Positions 50,289 through 60,141 of a DNA stretch of 64,000 nucleotides are shown here, piece after piece. The position numbers and the translations under genes are program-made. Position 1 is the stretch's first letter. Each line of letters opens with the position of its first letter. The notes under the pieces are model-generated. The model did not search any database and had not been told where the DNA came from. It saw only the letters and a program-made list of their open reading frames with translations. The DNA is from a virus (taxonomy: Duplodnaviria > Caudoviricetes), in the IMG/VR virus record IMGVR_UViG_2721755758_000001, positions 1 to 64,000 of that record. One strand, 5' to 3'.

Positions 50289-51380
50289 ATGGCAAATTTA
50301 CCTTTAGACGGAATAGTAGATGTAAAAATTTCTATAGGTCCAGTTAATAAAGTGCGTTCTAACTTTAATTTAGGACTTGTTATAGGGAAAAGCACACACA
50401 TATCTACAGAAGATAGAATTAAAATATATAGTTCACTAGAAAGTATGAAAATAGATGGGTTTTTAGAAACAGAACCTGAATATATAGCTGCTAATATATA
50501 TTTTTCACAATCTCCATCTCCAAGCAGAGTTGCAATAGGCAGAAGAGGAACAGATGAAACTGCAACTGAAGCTGTATCTCAATGTAGAAATAAGAATACC
50601 GAATGGTATGGGGCTACATTATGTGATGCTACAGATGCTGAAATAGAAGAAGTCGCAAAATATATTGAAAGTTGCAAATTAAAATCTTTATTTTTCTATA
50701 CAACTAACAGTGCTGATGTTTTAGCAGGAACAAAAGGAAACATAGCAGAGAAATTAAAAACTGCTGGTTATGGAAGAACACATGGAATATATTCGACTAC
50801 ATTATATGCAGTTGCAAGTCCTATGGCGTATGTAATGGCTCACAGTGAAAAAGCCTTTGATATAGCATATAAATCTATGCCAGGAATAACAGTTGAGGAT
50901 ATCCAAGAACAACAGACAACATTATTTGAAAATAATTACATCAACTACTTTGTTAATCGTGGTAATTCTTACAATCTTTATGAAATGGGTACAATGTCTA
51001 ACGGAACTTTCGTTGATGAAGTAGTTCAATTAGATATGTTACAAGAACAAATACAGTCGGCGATTCTTAATGTAATGACTTCTGATGATAAAATTTCGCA
51101 AACAGATGATGGAGTTGAAGTATATAATACAGCTATAACTGGAGTACTAGACAAATTTGTAGAAAGTAAATTTATTTCACCTGGAATTTGGACCGGAAAT
51201 ACTATTTTAGGGATAAAAACAGGAACTATGTTAGCAAAAGGATACTTGATCTTAAATAGTTCTATTAGTGACCAAACACAATCGGATAGAGAACAAAGAA
51301 AAGCACCTGATACTTATGTGTTGTTGAAGCTTGCTGGCTCAATTCAACATTTATCTGTTGGTGTTTATGTTAATAGATAG
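50289..51380 (+). CDS. Tail sheath protein, DUF3383-type
   Basis: PEYIAANIYFSQSPSP, KISQTDDG, DREQRKAP..LAGSI. Confidence 0.9.
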   Translation: MANLPLDGIVDVKISIGPVNKVRSNFNLGLVIGKSTHISTEDRIKIYSSLESMKIDGFLETEPEYIAANIYFSQSPSPSRVAIGRRGTDETATEAVSQCRNKNTEWYGATLCDATDAEIEEVAKYIESCKLKSLFFYTTNSADVLAGTKGNIAEKLKTAGYGRTHGIYSTTLYAVASPMAYVMAHSEKAFDIAYKSMPGITVEDIQEQQTTLFENNYINYFVNRGNSYNLYEMGTMSNGTFVDEVVQLDMLQEQIQSAILNVMTSDDKISQTDDGVEVYNTAITGVLDKFVESKFISPGIWTGNTILGIKTGTMLAKGYLILNSSISDQTQSDREQRKAPDTYVLLKLAGSIQHLSVGVYVNR

Positions 51381-51391
51381 GAGGTAGAAAT

Positions 51392-51823
51392 ATGTCAACA
51401 ACAACTTATAGTTTTGAAGATGTAATATGCACGCTCAATCACTCTTCAATTGGAAGCAAAAGTACAAAAGGAGAAGGGCTTGGAAGTATAACTATAGCAA
51501 TGGCTAATGATAGAACTGTACATGATACAGCAAGTGATGGTTCAATAATGATTACAAAGAAAATAAGTAAAAATGGTACTATTGTAATTGATATGCAACA
51601 GACATCTCAACTTCATAAATGGTTACTAAAAGCTTACAATTATCTAGATAATGCAGCTACCTCCGAGTGGGCTTTGATGACTGTAACTGTAGTATCTAAA
51701 GAATTAGAAGAAAATACTACTTGCACAAATGTTGCTTTTCAAAAGATAGCTGAGAAACCATATCAAGCAGAAGGTCAACACGTTTCATGGACATTGATGG
51801 CTGCTAAGATAGTTCAAGAATAG
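51392..51823 (+). CDS. Tail tube protein
   Basis: TYSFEDV, SDGS, QQTS; follows sheath. Confidence 0.85.
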   Translation: MSTTTYSFEDVICTLNHSSIGSKSTKGEGLGSITIAMANDRTVHDTASDGSIMITKKISKNGTIVIDMQQTSQLHKWLLKAYNYLDNAATSEWALMTVTVVSKELEENTTCTNVAFQKIAEKPYQAEGQHVSWTLMAAKIVQE

Positions 51824-51833
51824 GGAGGGTTTT

Positions 51834-52271
51834 ATGGATATACCAGTTTTTTTCAAGGATATAAAAATTGAGGACAGAATTTTTAGAGTAAAAAAATTTA
51901 ATGCTATAACAGGATGCTATATAGCATTTAAAATAGCTGGATTATTAGCAAATTCATTTAAGAATATGAATAAAGATTTTAAGATGGAAGATTTAGATTA
52001 TACACAATTATTTTCTTCTATCTTTTCTTTGTCTAAAGAAGATTTTGAATATATTCAAAAGTCGTGTTTACATATAACATATGAAGTCCTTCCAGCTGGA
52101 GAAGCACAAGTTTTAGCTGAAAACGGAGAATTTGGAACATCTAAAGCAGAAGAGGATAAATGTAACACTGCATTAATAATGAATTTAACTATACAGTCGC
52201 TTTGGTTTAATTTAGAGAGTTTTTTCGCAGGAAGCAACTTGAGTTCGCTCCTAGAAGGTGTCCTTTCATAG
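51834..52271 (+). CDS. Tail assembly chaperone (G-like)
   Basis: Between tube and tape measure; ends NLESFF at a slippery site. Confidence 0.85.
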   Translation: MDIPVFFKDIKIEDRIFRVKKFNAITGCYIAFKIAGLLANSFKNMNKDFKMEDLDYTQLFSSIFSLSKEDFEYIQKSCLHITYEVLPAGEAQVLAENGEFGTSKAEEDKCNTALIMNLTIQSLWFNLESFFAGSNLSSLLEGVLS

Positions 52272-52459
52272 TTGCAAAATTAAAGAATATAGATGCTTTT
52301 CTTTATGCACCAGTTATGGCTGGAATGTGGAAGCAACATGAAGTGTGGGATGGAACATATTCTTTTGACGATTTATTAAATGCACATGAAATGATTGATG
52401 TAAGAAATGAAAATGAAGCTAGATCAATAGATAACTCTAGAATGGAAGGAGGAGTATAA
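52220..52459 (+). other. -1 frameshift site and GT-type extension
   Basis: T TTT TTC at 52220-52226; -1 frame open to TAA 52459 (WKQHEVWDGTYSFDDLLNAHE). Confidence 0.8.
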
Positions 52460-54193
52460 ATGGCTGGATTTGATATAATTAAACAATATTTAATTAGCAT
52501 AGGATTTAATCTTGATGAAAACAGTATGAGTAATGCTGAAAATAAAATGAATCTTGCTGATAAAAAAATAAGAGATTCCCAAAAGCAAAACCAACAAGAA
52601 TTCAATAATAGTTCGAATGTGCTAAAAGGATTATTTGAATTAATTTCTGCATCTCCTCAAATGAGAAATTTTATTCCTTCTAGCATAAGAGGAGATCTTA
52701 CTGATATATTAAAAAAAATAAATCAAATAAATAATTTAGATTTGAATAACGTATTATCTAAATTATTTCCTCCTAAATCAGATACAGAGCCAAATGAAAC
52801 GTTAGAACGTATAAAGAATGGTATAAGTAAATTTACGGATCAAGGCAGTAAAGATATGCTGAAATTTAGTGGCACATCTATAATGGCATTTACCAGTATA
52901 GCAATAGCTTTAAAAGGATATGTATCTTTAATCGAGTGGACTATATCTCTTCTTAAGGATTTATCTGAAAAGGATATTGGATACGAAAAACTTAGTAGGC
53001 AGTTATGGATAACTAAAGAAAATGCAAGAGAAGTTAATAAAGCATTAGATACAATGGGAGTAAGCTTAGAAGATTTATGGCTTTCTCCTACTCTTCTTAA
53101 GCAATTTAATCAATTAAGGCAAGATTCTAAGGATTTAAAACTTCCAGATGATTATAATAAAAATCTTAAAATTGTTCAGCAAATAAGTACAGAGTTTGCA
53201 AGAACTAAGCAAATGGGATCTATAGCTTTCGAGTGGGTTGGAAATTCTATAATGAAAAATTGTAGAGGTCCACTTGAAGAGATAATGGGAATGATGCATC
53301 AAGGAAACACGTGGTTAAAGGATAAATTGCCCGGATTAGCTGATTCAGCAGGTAACTATATAGGAAATGTAATAAAGCCATTAGCTGATGGAATATATGT
53401 TGCCTTTAAGTTAGGGGAAAAAGCAAAAAATTTATATAATGAAATCAAAAATAAAATTGGTGGTAATGATACAGCTAAAAAAGTATTTGATGATATTAAT
53501 AAAGGCATAAAAACTATAAAAAATAATTTTATAAATCTTACTATGCCTTTTGTTAAGCCATTTAAACTTGCAATTCTAACAGTAGAAGATTTAGCATCGT
53601 ATTTTAGAACAGGAAAGTCTCCTATGATGGATTTCTTTAGTGGTATAGGTGATAAGTTATCGGATTGTAAAGAACGGATTAACAATATAAAAGAGGACGT
53701 ATCCAATTGGTATGATGATTCTTCTTTTAAAAAATCAATAGATAATATAGAAGAATGGATAAATAGTGGATTAGATAAAATAAATGAATACATAGATAAA
53801 ATAAAAGAAAAGTTATCTATAAAGCTTCCTAGTTTGAAATTAAATAGTAACTCAAAAGAAAATGATAGCAATAGTGATAATAATTCAAATGGATGGAGTT
53901 TGAATTTAGGAGAAATAGGAAGTCAGATTAAGAAAGCCTTTTCTGATTCTATGCTTTTAGTATCTTCTCCAGGATTATATACTGCGAAAAAGAGTTATGA
54001 TGCATACCAATCATATCAAGGTTATAGTAATAGTAGCACTACCAATAACACAAAGCAAGATAATAGTAAGACTAATAGTGAAAATACTGTGACTAATTAT
54101 AATAGTTTTACTGTTAGTGGTAGCGATGCAGGAAGTAATGCTAGAGCAATCGGAACAACTATGAATAGCATTCTTACTCGTAGTTTGGGGTAG
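52460..54193 (+). CDS. Tape measure protein
   Basis: IKQYLISIGF start, helical composition, position. Confidence 0.85.
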   Translation: MAGFDIIKQYLISIGFNLDENSMSNAENKMNLADKKIRDSQKQNQQEFNNSSNVLKGLFELISASPQMRNFIPSSIRGDLTDILKKINQINNLDLNNVLSKLFPPKSDTEPNETLERIKNGISKFTDQGSKDMLKFSGTSIMAFTSIAIALKGYVSLIEWTISLLKDLSEKDIGYEKLSRQLWITKENAREVNKALDTMGVSLEDLWLSPTLLKQFNQLRQDSKDLKLPDDYNKNLKIVQQISTEFARTKQMGSIAFEWVGNSIMKNCRGPLEEIMGMMHQGNTWLKDKLPGLADSAGNYIGNVIKPLADGIYVAFKLGEKAKNLYNEIKNKIGGNDTAKKVFDDINKGIKTIKNNFINLTMPFVKPFKLAILTVEDLASYFRTGKSPMMDFFSGIGDKLSDCKERINNIKEDVSNWYDDSSFKKSIDNIEEWINSGLDKINEYIDKIKEKLSIKLPSLKLNSNSKENDSNSDNNSNGWSLNLGEIGSQIKKAFSDSMLLVSSPGLYTAKKSYDAYQSYQGYSNSSTTNNTKQDNSKTNSENTVTNYNSFTVSGSDAGSNARAIGTTMNSILTRSLG

Positions 54194-54204
54194 GTGAGCT
54201 TATT

Positions 54205-54750
54205 ATGAAAGAAGAAATAGTAAAAACTTATTTTAGTTCAGTACGTGGAAATTATTATTTTGATGCGATATTTTCAACGCAAATATCATCGACAAATACA
54301 ATAACAAGTCATCCGATTCAAACAGGAGCAAATATATCAGATCACGCTATAGAAAATGGAGATGAACTAACATTTCAAATTGGTATGAGTGATGTTATGG
54401 AAAAAATTAATACTAGTGTAGCATACACAGGAGATAGTACACGTAGTATAAATGCTTATAATGCTATAAAACAATTAAAGAAGGATAGATTACCTATTAC
54501 AGTTATAAATAAATTCGGAACGTTTAATAACTTAATAATTCAATCTTTAGTTGTAGAGGATAATGATAATACTGTTACTTCACTCCGAGCCACTGTTGTA
54601 TTGAAAGAAATTTTTGTTGTCAATGTTGAAGCCGTAAAAGTATCTGCTAGGCCAGAAATAACAGATAGTACAAATGAAGGAAGTCAGAATTCTCAAAAAT
54701 CAGAATATGATGATTTACAAAGCAAATGGAAAGAAATTTTAGGACTATAA
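54205..54750 (+). CDS. Baseplate/tube initiator protein
   Basis: ITSHPIQTGANISDHA. Confidence 0.8.
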   Translation: MKEEIVKTYFSSVRGNYYFDAIFSTQISSTNTITSHPIQTGANISDHAIENGDELTFQIGMSDVMEKINTSVAYTGDSTRSINAYNAIKQLKKDRLPITVINKFGTFNNLIIQSLVVEDNDNTVTSLRATVVLKEIFVVNVEAVKVSARPEITDSTNEGSQNSQKSEYDDLQSKWKEILGL

Positions 54751-54763
54751 AGGGGATGAATAA

Positions 54764-55093
54764 ATGAAATTTTATGAAATACCGTTAAGTACAAGTTTTA
54801 ATCAAGAATTTTATTCTATAATCCCTATAAATGGTGAAAATAAAAAGTTATTTTTCTTTTTGAGATATAATACAATAGCTGATTGTTGGATTATGGACAT
54901 AAAAGATGAAAATAAAAAAGAATTAGTATGTAATATTAGTCTTGTGTGTGGAGTTGATTTACTTGAACAATATCAATACAAACATATAGGTCATGCATTT
55001 ATATATGCACAGGGAGAAAATTTAGATAGACCAAATAAAAATAATTTAGGGAAAAGCTACAAATTAATTTGGTATTCAGAAGAGGACTCGTAA
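54764..55093 (+). CDS. Small baseplate protein
   Basis: LRYNTIADCWIMDI, LVCGVDLLEQY. Confidence 0.8.
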   Translation: MKFYEIPLSTSFNQEFYSIIPINGENKKLFFFLRYNTIADCWIMDIKDENKKELVCNISLVCGVDLLEQYQYKHIGHAFIYAQGENLDRPNKNNLGKSYKLIWYSEEDS

Positions 55094-55108
55094 GAGTCTT
55101 CTTTTTTT
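55079..55108 (+). terminator. Terminator-like hairpin with GTAA loop
   Basis: agaggactc-gtaa-gagtcttct plus T-tract. Confidence 0.7.
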
Positions 55109-55122
55109 ATATGGAGGTAATT

Positions 55123-55770
55123 ATGAGCATAGAAGAAGAAGTATGGAAATTTTTTAGAGGAAAAGGATTAGCAGAAAAAAGTGTAGCTGCAATTATGGGC
55201 AATATCTATCAAGAATCAAAATTTGATCCTAATTTACAAGAAGTAGGTGGCCCAGCATGGGGATTGTTTCAATGGCAGAGCGATAGATTAAGCAAGTTAA
55301 AATCTTATGGAACAGATTTAACTCACCAATTGGAATTTGCATGGTCAGAAATAGCAGGTCAGAATTTATCTGAAACTGGTGCGACATTTAACTGGATACA
55401 AAAATCTGGATATTTAATGCATAGTGATTTTATGGCTGGTAATGGCAGCATTGCTGATTTAACAGAAACATTTTGTGTTTGTTGGGAAAGAGCAGGAACT
55501 CCAATGATGGAAGTAAGGAAACAACATGCGCAAGAATATTTCAATCAATTTACTGGAACTTCTGGAGGATATACAGATTCATCTTCAGATAAAAATACTG
55601 CATCAGAAGATGAGGTCTATAATAACGAATTATATAGGCAATTAGATAAAGAGGGTATATATAGAATATATAAGTTAGAATTTTCAGGAGATACAAGAGG
55701 TAATGATTGGTACGTTACAGCTAATGCAGTATCTCAATCCGGTGGAGTTCTTCCATTAATTAATAAATAG
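55123..55770 (+). CDS. Phage tail lysozyme domain fused to a hub-like C-terminal segment
   Basis: AAIMGNIYQES, GLFQW, QLEF, WERAG; tail GIYRIYKLEFSGDTRGNDWY. Confidence 0.82.
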   Translation: MSIEEEVWKFFRGKGLAEKSVAAIMGNIYQESKFDPNLQEVGGPAWGLFQWQSDRLSKLKSYGTDLTHQLEFAWSEIAGQNLSETGATFNWIQKSGYLMHSDFMAGNGSIADLTETFCVCWERAGTPMMEVRKQHAQEYFNQFTGTSGGYTDSSSDKNTASEDEVYNNELYRQLDKEGIYRIYKLEFSGDTRGNDWYVTANAVSQSGGVLPLINK

Positions 55771-55782
55771 AGGAGCGATATT

Positions 55783-57144
55783 ATGGCTATTCCAACAGCA
55801 TTAAGTAATAACAATGAAATACCATTAGATGAAACAAATTATGAAGTTGTGGCTGGAAGTAACACTTCCGGAGAAATAATGTACGGAAGAAGATGCCGAG
55901 TTATATTGGCAGATAAAGATAATAATGCCCTTGATGTATCTGAACTAAGAGTTGTTTTTAATTGTACAAAAAGCATGGCTATGGAACCTAATTTGAGTAT
56001 AATTAAAATCTATAATCTTAATGTGCCTACAGAAAATAAAATCATGAATGATATGGTCAGAGTAACAATTGAAGCTGGATATGAAGGTAATATATTTGGT
56101 CAAATATTTGATGGAGATATAATACAAACAATAAGTTATAAAGAAGATGCAACAACATTTGTATTGGAAATACTTGCAGTTGATTGTGATAGGGCTATAA
56201 ATTTTAATTTTGTTAATTTTACTTTAACCAAAGGACTTACGCAAAGAAAACAATTAGAAGAAATTTCAAATAGAGCAGGCAATCCAGTCAGTTTAGGGAG
56301 TATTTCTTCAAAGTTAAATACAAAAGCATTAACAAGAGGAAAAACCTTTTTTGGTAAGCAAAGTGATTACGTTAGGCAACTTGCAAGAAGCAATGAACTT
56401 CAAGGATATTACGAGAATGGTGAAATAAATATAATAGATTTTGAAGAATTACCAGAAGGAGAAATACTCGAAATTGGACCTCAAAGTGGACTAGTAGGAT
56501 TCCCTGAACAAACTGATTTTGGAATTGAAATAAAATGTTTAATAAATCCACTTTTAAAAATAAACACACTATTCCATATAGATAATACGTTAATAAAGGC
56601 TAAGAGAGTTCAGGTAAGTTCAAGTAATACTGTTCCTGCTAGTTCAAATGGAACATCAATGAATTCAACAGGGGTTCGTAATAAGATAATTGAAGAAGCA
56701 AAAAGAATATGTGATGATCCTAATGTTCAATATAGCATGGATTATAGAGGTCAAACTATAAATGGTATAACTTATTGGGATTGTAGTTTATTTGCTAAAC
56801 ATTGCTATGAATATGCAGGACTTAGCATAGTTGATATAACAGGACCACAATATAATCAAGTTCAAAATGAGGGTGGTAAGTTTATAAGTCAAAATGAAGC
56901 AAAACCAGGAGATTTAGTTTTTTGGGGAAAAGGAGATGCTTGCCATCATGTAGCAATATATGCAGGAGATAATCATTGCTATGCTGCAAGAGGAAAAGAT
57001 GGAAGAGCACCTGCTGACCAAGTTCAATATCATGAAGTTTATACATCTAATGATGGACCAATATTTGCAATACCTAAATGTTTGATAGATGTAGATGGTG
57101 CAGATGTACCAACAGTAGCAAAAGTAAAAGGAGGAAGTAGATAG
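55783..57144 (+). CDS. Baseplate hub (N-terminal part) fused to NlpC/P60
   Basis: IYNLN, EAGY, IFDGDI, SGLVGFP, CLINP; WDCS...PGDLVFW...HHVAIY. Confidence 0.88.
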   Translation: MAIPTALSNNNEIPLDETNYEVVAGSNTSGEIMYGRRCRVILADKDNNALDVSELRVVFNCTKSMAMEPNLSIIKIYNLNVPTENKIMNDMVRVTIEAGYEGNIFGQIFDGDIIQTISYKEDATTFVLEILAVDCDRAINFNFVNFTLTKGLTQRKQLEEISNRAGNPVSLGSISSKLNTKALTRGKTFFGKQSDYVRQLARSNELQGYYENGEINIIDFEELPEGEILEIGPQSGLVGFPEQTDFGIEIKCLINPLLKINTLFHIDNTLIKAKRVQVSSSNTVPASSNGTSMNSTGVRNKIIEEAKRICDDPNVQYSMDYRGQTINGITYWDCSLFAKHCYEYAGLSIVDITGPQYNQVQNEGGKFISQNEAKPGDLVFWGKGDACHHVAIYAGDNHCYAARGKDGRAPADQVQYHEVYTSNDGPIFAIPKCLIDVDGADVPTVAKVKGGSR

Positions 57145-57737
57145 TGCATAACAATATTAACTTATCGCAAATGTTTGATAGTAAAGATGAATTTTATAGA
57201 AATCTTAAAGATAATATCAAAAAAGAAATAAGAGTATGTATGCCAGGAGAAATAGTTTCTTTTGATTGTAAAAATCAAACTGCAACTGTTATGCCTTTAC
57301 TTCTTCAGAAAGTATCTGAAGATGCTCAAAATTTTGAATATCAACAGATATCTCCATTGTTAGACGTGCAAGTAATTTTGCCTAGATGTAATAACTTCGT
57401 ATTAACATTTCCTTTAAGTAAGGGAGACGAAGGAATACTTATTTTTATGGATAATTGCTATAATTTAGTATGGGATAAGGGAGGAGTTCAGGCTCCGGAA
57501 GAAGAAAGATGCCATGATTTATCCGATGCTATATTTATTCCAACTATATTTTCTAATCCAAAGAATATAAAAAATTATTCTTCTGATTCAACTCAATTAA
57601 GAAATATAGAAGGAAACTCATATATAGAATTTAAAGGAAATGAAATAAACTTAGTTGGTGATGTTAAAATAAATGGAAATGCTTATAGTTCACATGTACA
57701 TACTGTAGGAGATTCAATAACTGGTACTCCTAAATGA
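57144..57737 (+). CDS. Baseplate spike, Gp138-like
   Basis: CMPGEIVSFD, GDEG, RCHDLSDA, C-terminal HVH. Confidence 0.88.
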   Translation: MHNNINLSQMFDSKDEFYRNLKDNIKKEIRVCMPGEIVSFDCKNQTATVMPLLLQKVSEDAQNFEYQQISPLLDVQVILPRCNNFVLTFPLSKGDEGILIFMDNCYNLVWDKGGVQAPEEERCHDLSDAIFIPTIFSNPKNIKNYSSDSTQLRNIEGNSYIEFKGNEINLVGDVKINGNAYSSHVHTVGDSITGTPK

Positions 57738-57852
57738 TAAAAAGCTAATAAAAAGCTAATAAAAATATTATAAAAAAAGAGATAAAATAAAAATAGTAAG
57801 GTACTCAGAGAGTGCCTTTTTTATTTTTACCTTTTTGAAAGAAGGTGATTTT

Positions 57853-58215
57853 TTGATTTATAGAATTTTAGATGTTAATGGAGATTATCAATTTGGAAAG
57901 GGCCTACAACAATTTACATATGGATCCTATGCAGTAGCGCAAGCAATAAAAACAAGATTAAAGTTCTTGAAAGGCGAATGGTTTGAAAATATAAAAAGTG
58001 GGCTTCCGCTTTTTCAACAAATAATTGGTCAAAGCGGTACTAATATAGCTTTAGAATTAATTGATGCAATTATTAAAGAAAGAATAATTAACACTTTAAA
58101 TGTTACAAATATAGAAAGCTATACACATGAATATGATAGTATATCAAGAAAATATAGTTTTAACTGTGTAGTTAATACACCTTTTGGACCTATAACAGTT
58201 TCTGATATTTATTAG
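57853..58215 (+). CDS. Baseplate wedge protein, gp25-like
   Basis: YRILDVNGDYQFG, AVAQAIKTRL..GEWF. Confidence 0.85.
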   Translation: MIYRILDVNGDYQFGKGLQQFTYGSYAVAQAIKTRLKFLKGEWFENIKSGLPLFQQIIGQSGTNIALELIDAIIKERIINTLNVTNIESYTHEYDSISRKYSFNCVVNTPFGPITVSDIY

Positions 58216-58229
58216 TAAGGAGGAAACTT

Positions 58230-59396
58230 ATGTATTTTAAACCGTACATAGATGAAACAGGATACCATTATCCTACATATGAAGATATTAAGAAATATCA
58301 TGTTGATGCCGCAAAAAAAATATTTGGCGATGATATATATCTAGAAGAGGACAGTATGGACTATCAATTTTTAGCTATATTGTCAGAAAGTGAGTATGAT
58401 ACATATCAGTCTGTAGAACATGCAATTATATGTAGAAGTCCATCTACAGCAGTAGGGACTGGATTAGATAGTATTATAAAATTAAATGGTATAAAAAGAA
58501 AAGATGAAAAGTATAGCACTGTCAACGCTATCTTGAATGGAACAAAAGGAACTTTAGTGAAAAACGGAAAAGTTATTGATAAAAGTAATATTATATGGAA
58601 TTTACCATCAGAAGTGAACTTTGATAATGAAGAAATAACGATTAAAATTACTTGCAGCATACCAGGGCCAATTGTATGCAATCCAGGTGATATTATAACA
58701 ATAGCAACTACACAATATGGATGGAATTCCGTAAGAATAGAAGAATCAGCTACATTGGGTAGATTAATTGAAAGTCCTGAAAAGCTTCGTATAAGACAGA
58801 CTAAGAACGTTTCATTACCATCTAAAAGTATATTGGATGGTACTTATGCTGCATTATCGAATTTAGAAGGAACAGATAGAGTTGAAATATATGAGAATTA
58901 TACTGATAAAACTGATGAATTAGGAATACCTGCTCATTCGATTGCTTGTGTCGTAGAAAATGGTGATAATGAAGAAATAGCAAAATCTATATTGATTCAT
59001 AAAGGCCCTGGATGTGGAACATACGGAACTACATCTGCTATAGTTCAAGATTCACGTGGGAAAGATAACACTATTAATTATTTTAGGCCAACTTTTAGAG
59101 ATATAGATGTTAATATTTCAATCAAAAAACTAAAGAAATTTACGACAGCTGATACAGATACTATTAAAAAAAATATAGAGGAATATCTAAATAGTTTAAA
59201 TATAGGAACAGATATTGATATATCGATGTTGTGGGCGGTTTCTCTTAAATCGATTAATTTAACAAATCCTACCTTTTCTATTTTAGGAATAACTATCTGC
59301 ATTCACGGAGGAACATTATCTCCTAATAATATAGATATAGCTTTTAATGAATGCGCTCGTGGAAATAAAGACTATATAACTATAAGTGGGGTGTAA
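58230..59396 (+). CDS. Baseplate J-like protein
   Basis: AVGTGLD..KLNGIKR, PAHSIACVVENG. Confidence 0.9.
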   Translation: MYFKPYIDETGYHYPTYEDIKKYHVDAAKKIFGDDIYLEEDSMDYQFLAILSESEYDTYQSVEHAIICRSPSTAVGTGLDSIIKLNGIKRKDEKYSTVNAILNGTKGTLVKNGKVIDKSNIIWNLPSEVNFDNEEITIKITCSIPGPIVCNPGDIITIATTQYGWNSVRIEESATLGRLIESPEKLRIRQTKNVSLPSKSILDGTYAALSNLEGTDRVEIYENYTDKTDELGIPAHSIACVVENGDNEEIAKSILIHKGPGCGTYGTTSAIVQDSRGKDNTINYFRPTFRDIDVNISIKKLKKFTTADTDTIKKNIEEYLNSLNIGTDIDISMLWAVSLKSINLTNPTFSILGITICIHGGTLSPNNIDIAFNECARGNKDYITISGV

Positions 59397-59402
59397 CAAC
59401 TT

Positions 59403-60128
59403 ATGGGATATATGTCTATTGATGATTATTTAAGACAAGTAACATCTCAATATCAATCAAGTCCTAAATTTATGGCTTGGATGAAACATCATATTGATAC
59501 ATTAGATGGAACCAAAGAAATTTTAAAAAATTTCAATTTTTATTATGATATCGATGAAGCTATTGGAACTCAATTAGATGCGTTAGGAGAAACAGTAGGA
59601 AGGAACAGACAACTCGATTTTCAACCTTTAAATGGTTACAATCCAATTATGACTGATGAAGTATATAGATTAGTAATAAAAGCAAAAATAGCTATGAATA
59701 TGTGGGACGGACTTTTAGATGGTATTTATGATATATGGGATAATATATTCGAAGATATAAGCCTTGAGATAAAAGATAATCAAGATATGACTATTGATGC
59801 TTACGTTGTAGGCTTTGTTAATCAGATAAGACAATATTTAGTGCAAGAAGGAATGATAGTTCCAAGACCAGAAGGCGTTAAGATAAATTATTACACTAAA
59901 TCATATATAAAAGATGATTTATATGTTGGTATGACAGTTTGTGAAGGCGTAAGACAAACTATAGATATGAAATATACTCCTGAGCCTTCAAAGTTTGATA
60001 CAAATGTTGGAATAGTTGTTAGTAATGTTATAAAATCTACTATTAATATGAAGTCTTTCAAAAGAATCATAAACATAAAGGAAGGTAATTATCTATCGAC
60101 TTTAGATAGGAAAATTATAAAATTTTAA
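59403..60128 (+). CDS. Baseplate protein, DUF2612-type
   Basis: AIGTQLDALGETVG, YRLVIKAKI, DNQDMT, PRPEGV. Confidence 0.88.
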   Translation: MGYMSIDDYLRQVTSQYQSSPKFMAWMKHHIDTLDGTKEILKNFNFYYDIDEAIGTQLDALGETVGRNRQLDFQPLNGYNPIMTDEVYRLVIKAKIAMNMWDGLLDGIYDIWDNIFEDISLEIKDNQDMTIDAYVVGFVNQIRQYLVQEGMIVPRPEGVKINYYTKSYIKDDLYVGMTVCEGVRQTIDMKYTPEPSKFDTNVGIVVSNVIKSTINMKSFKRIINIKEGNYLSTLDRKIIKF

Positions 60129-60141
60129 AAGAGGTGATTGT

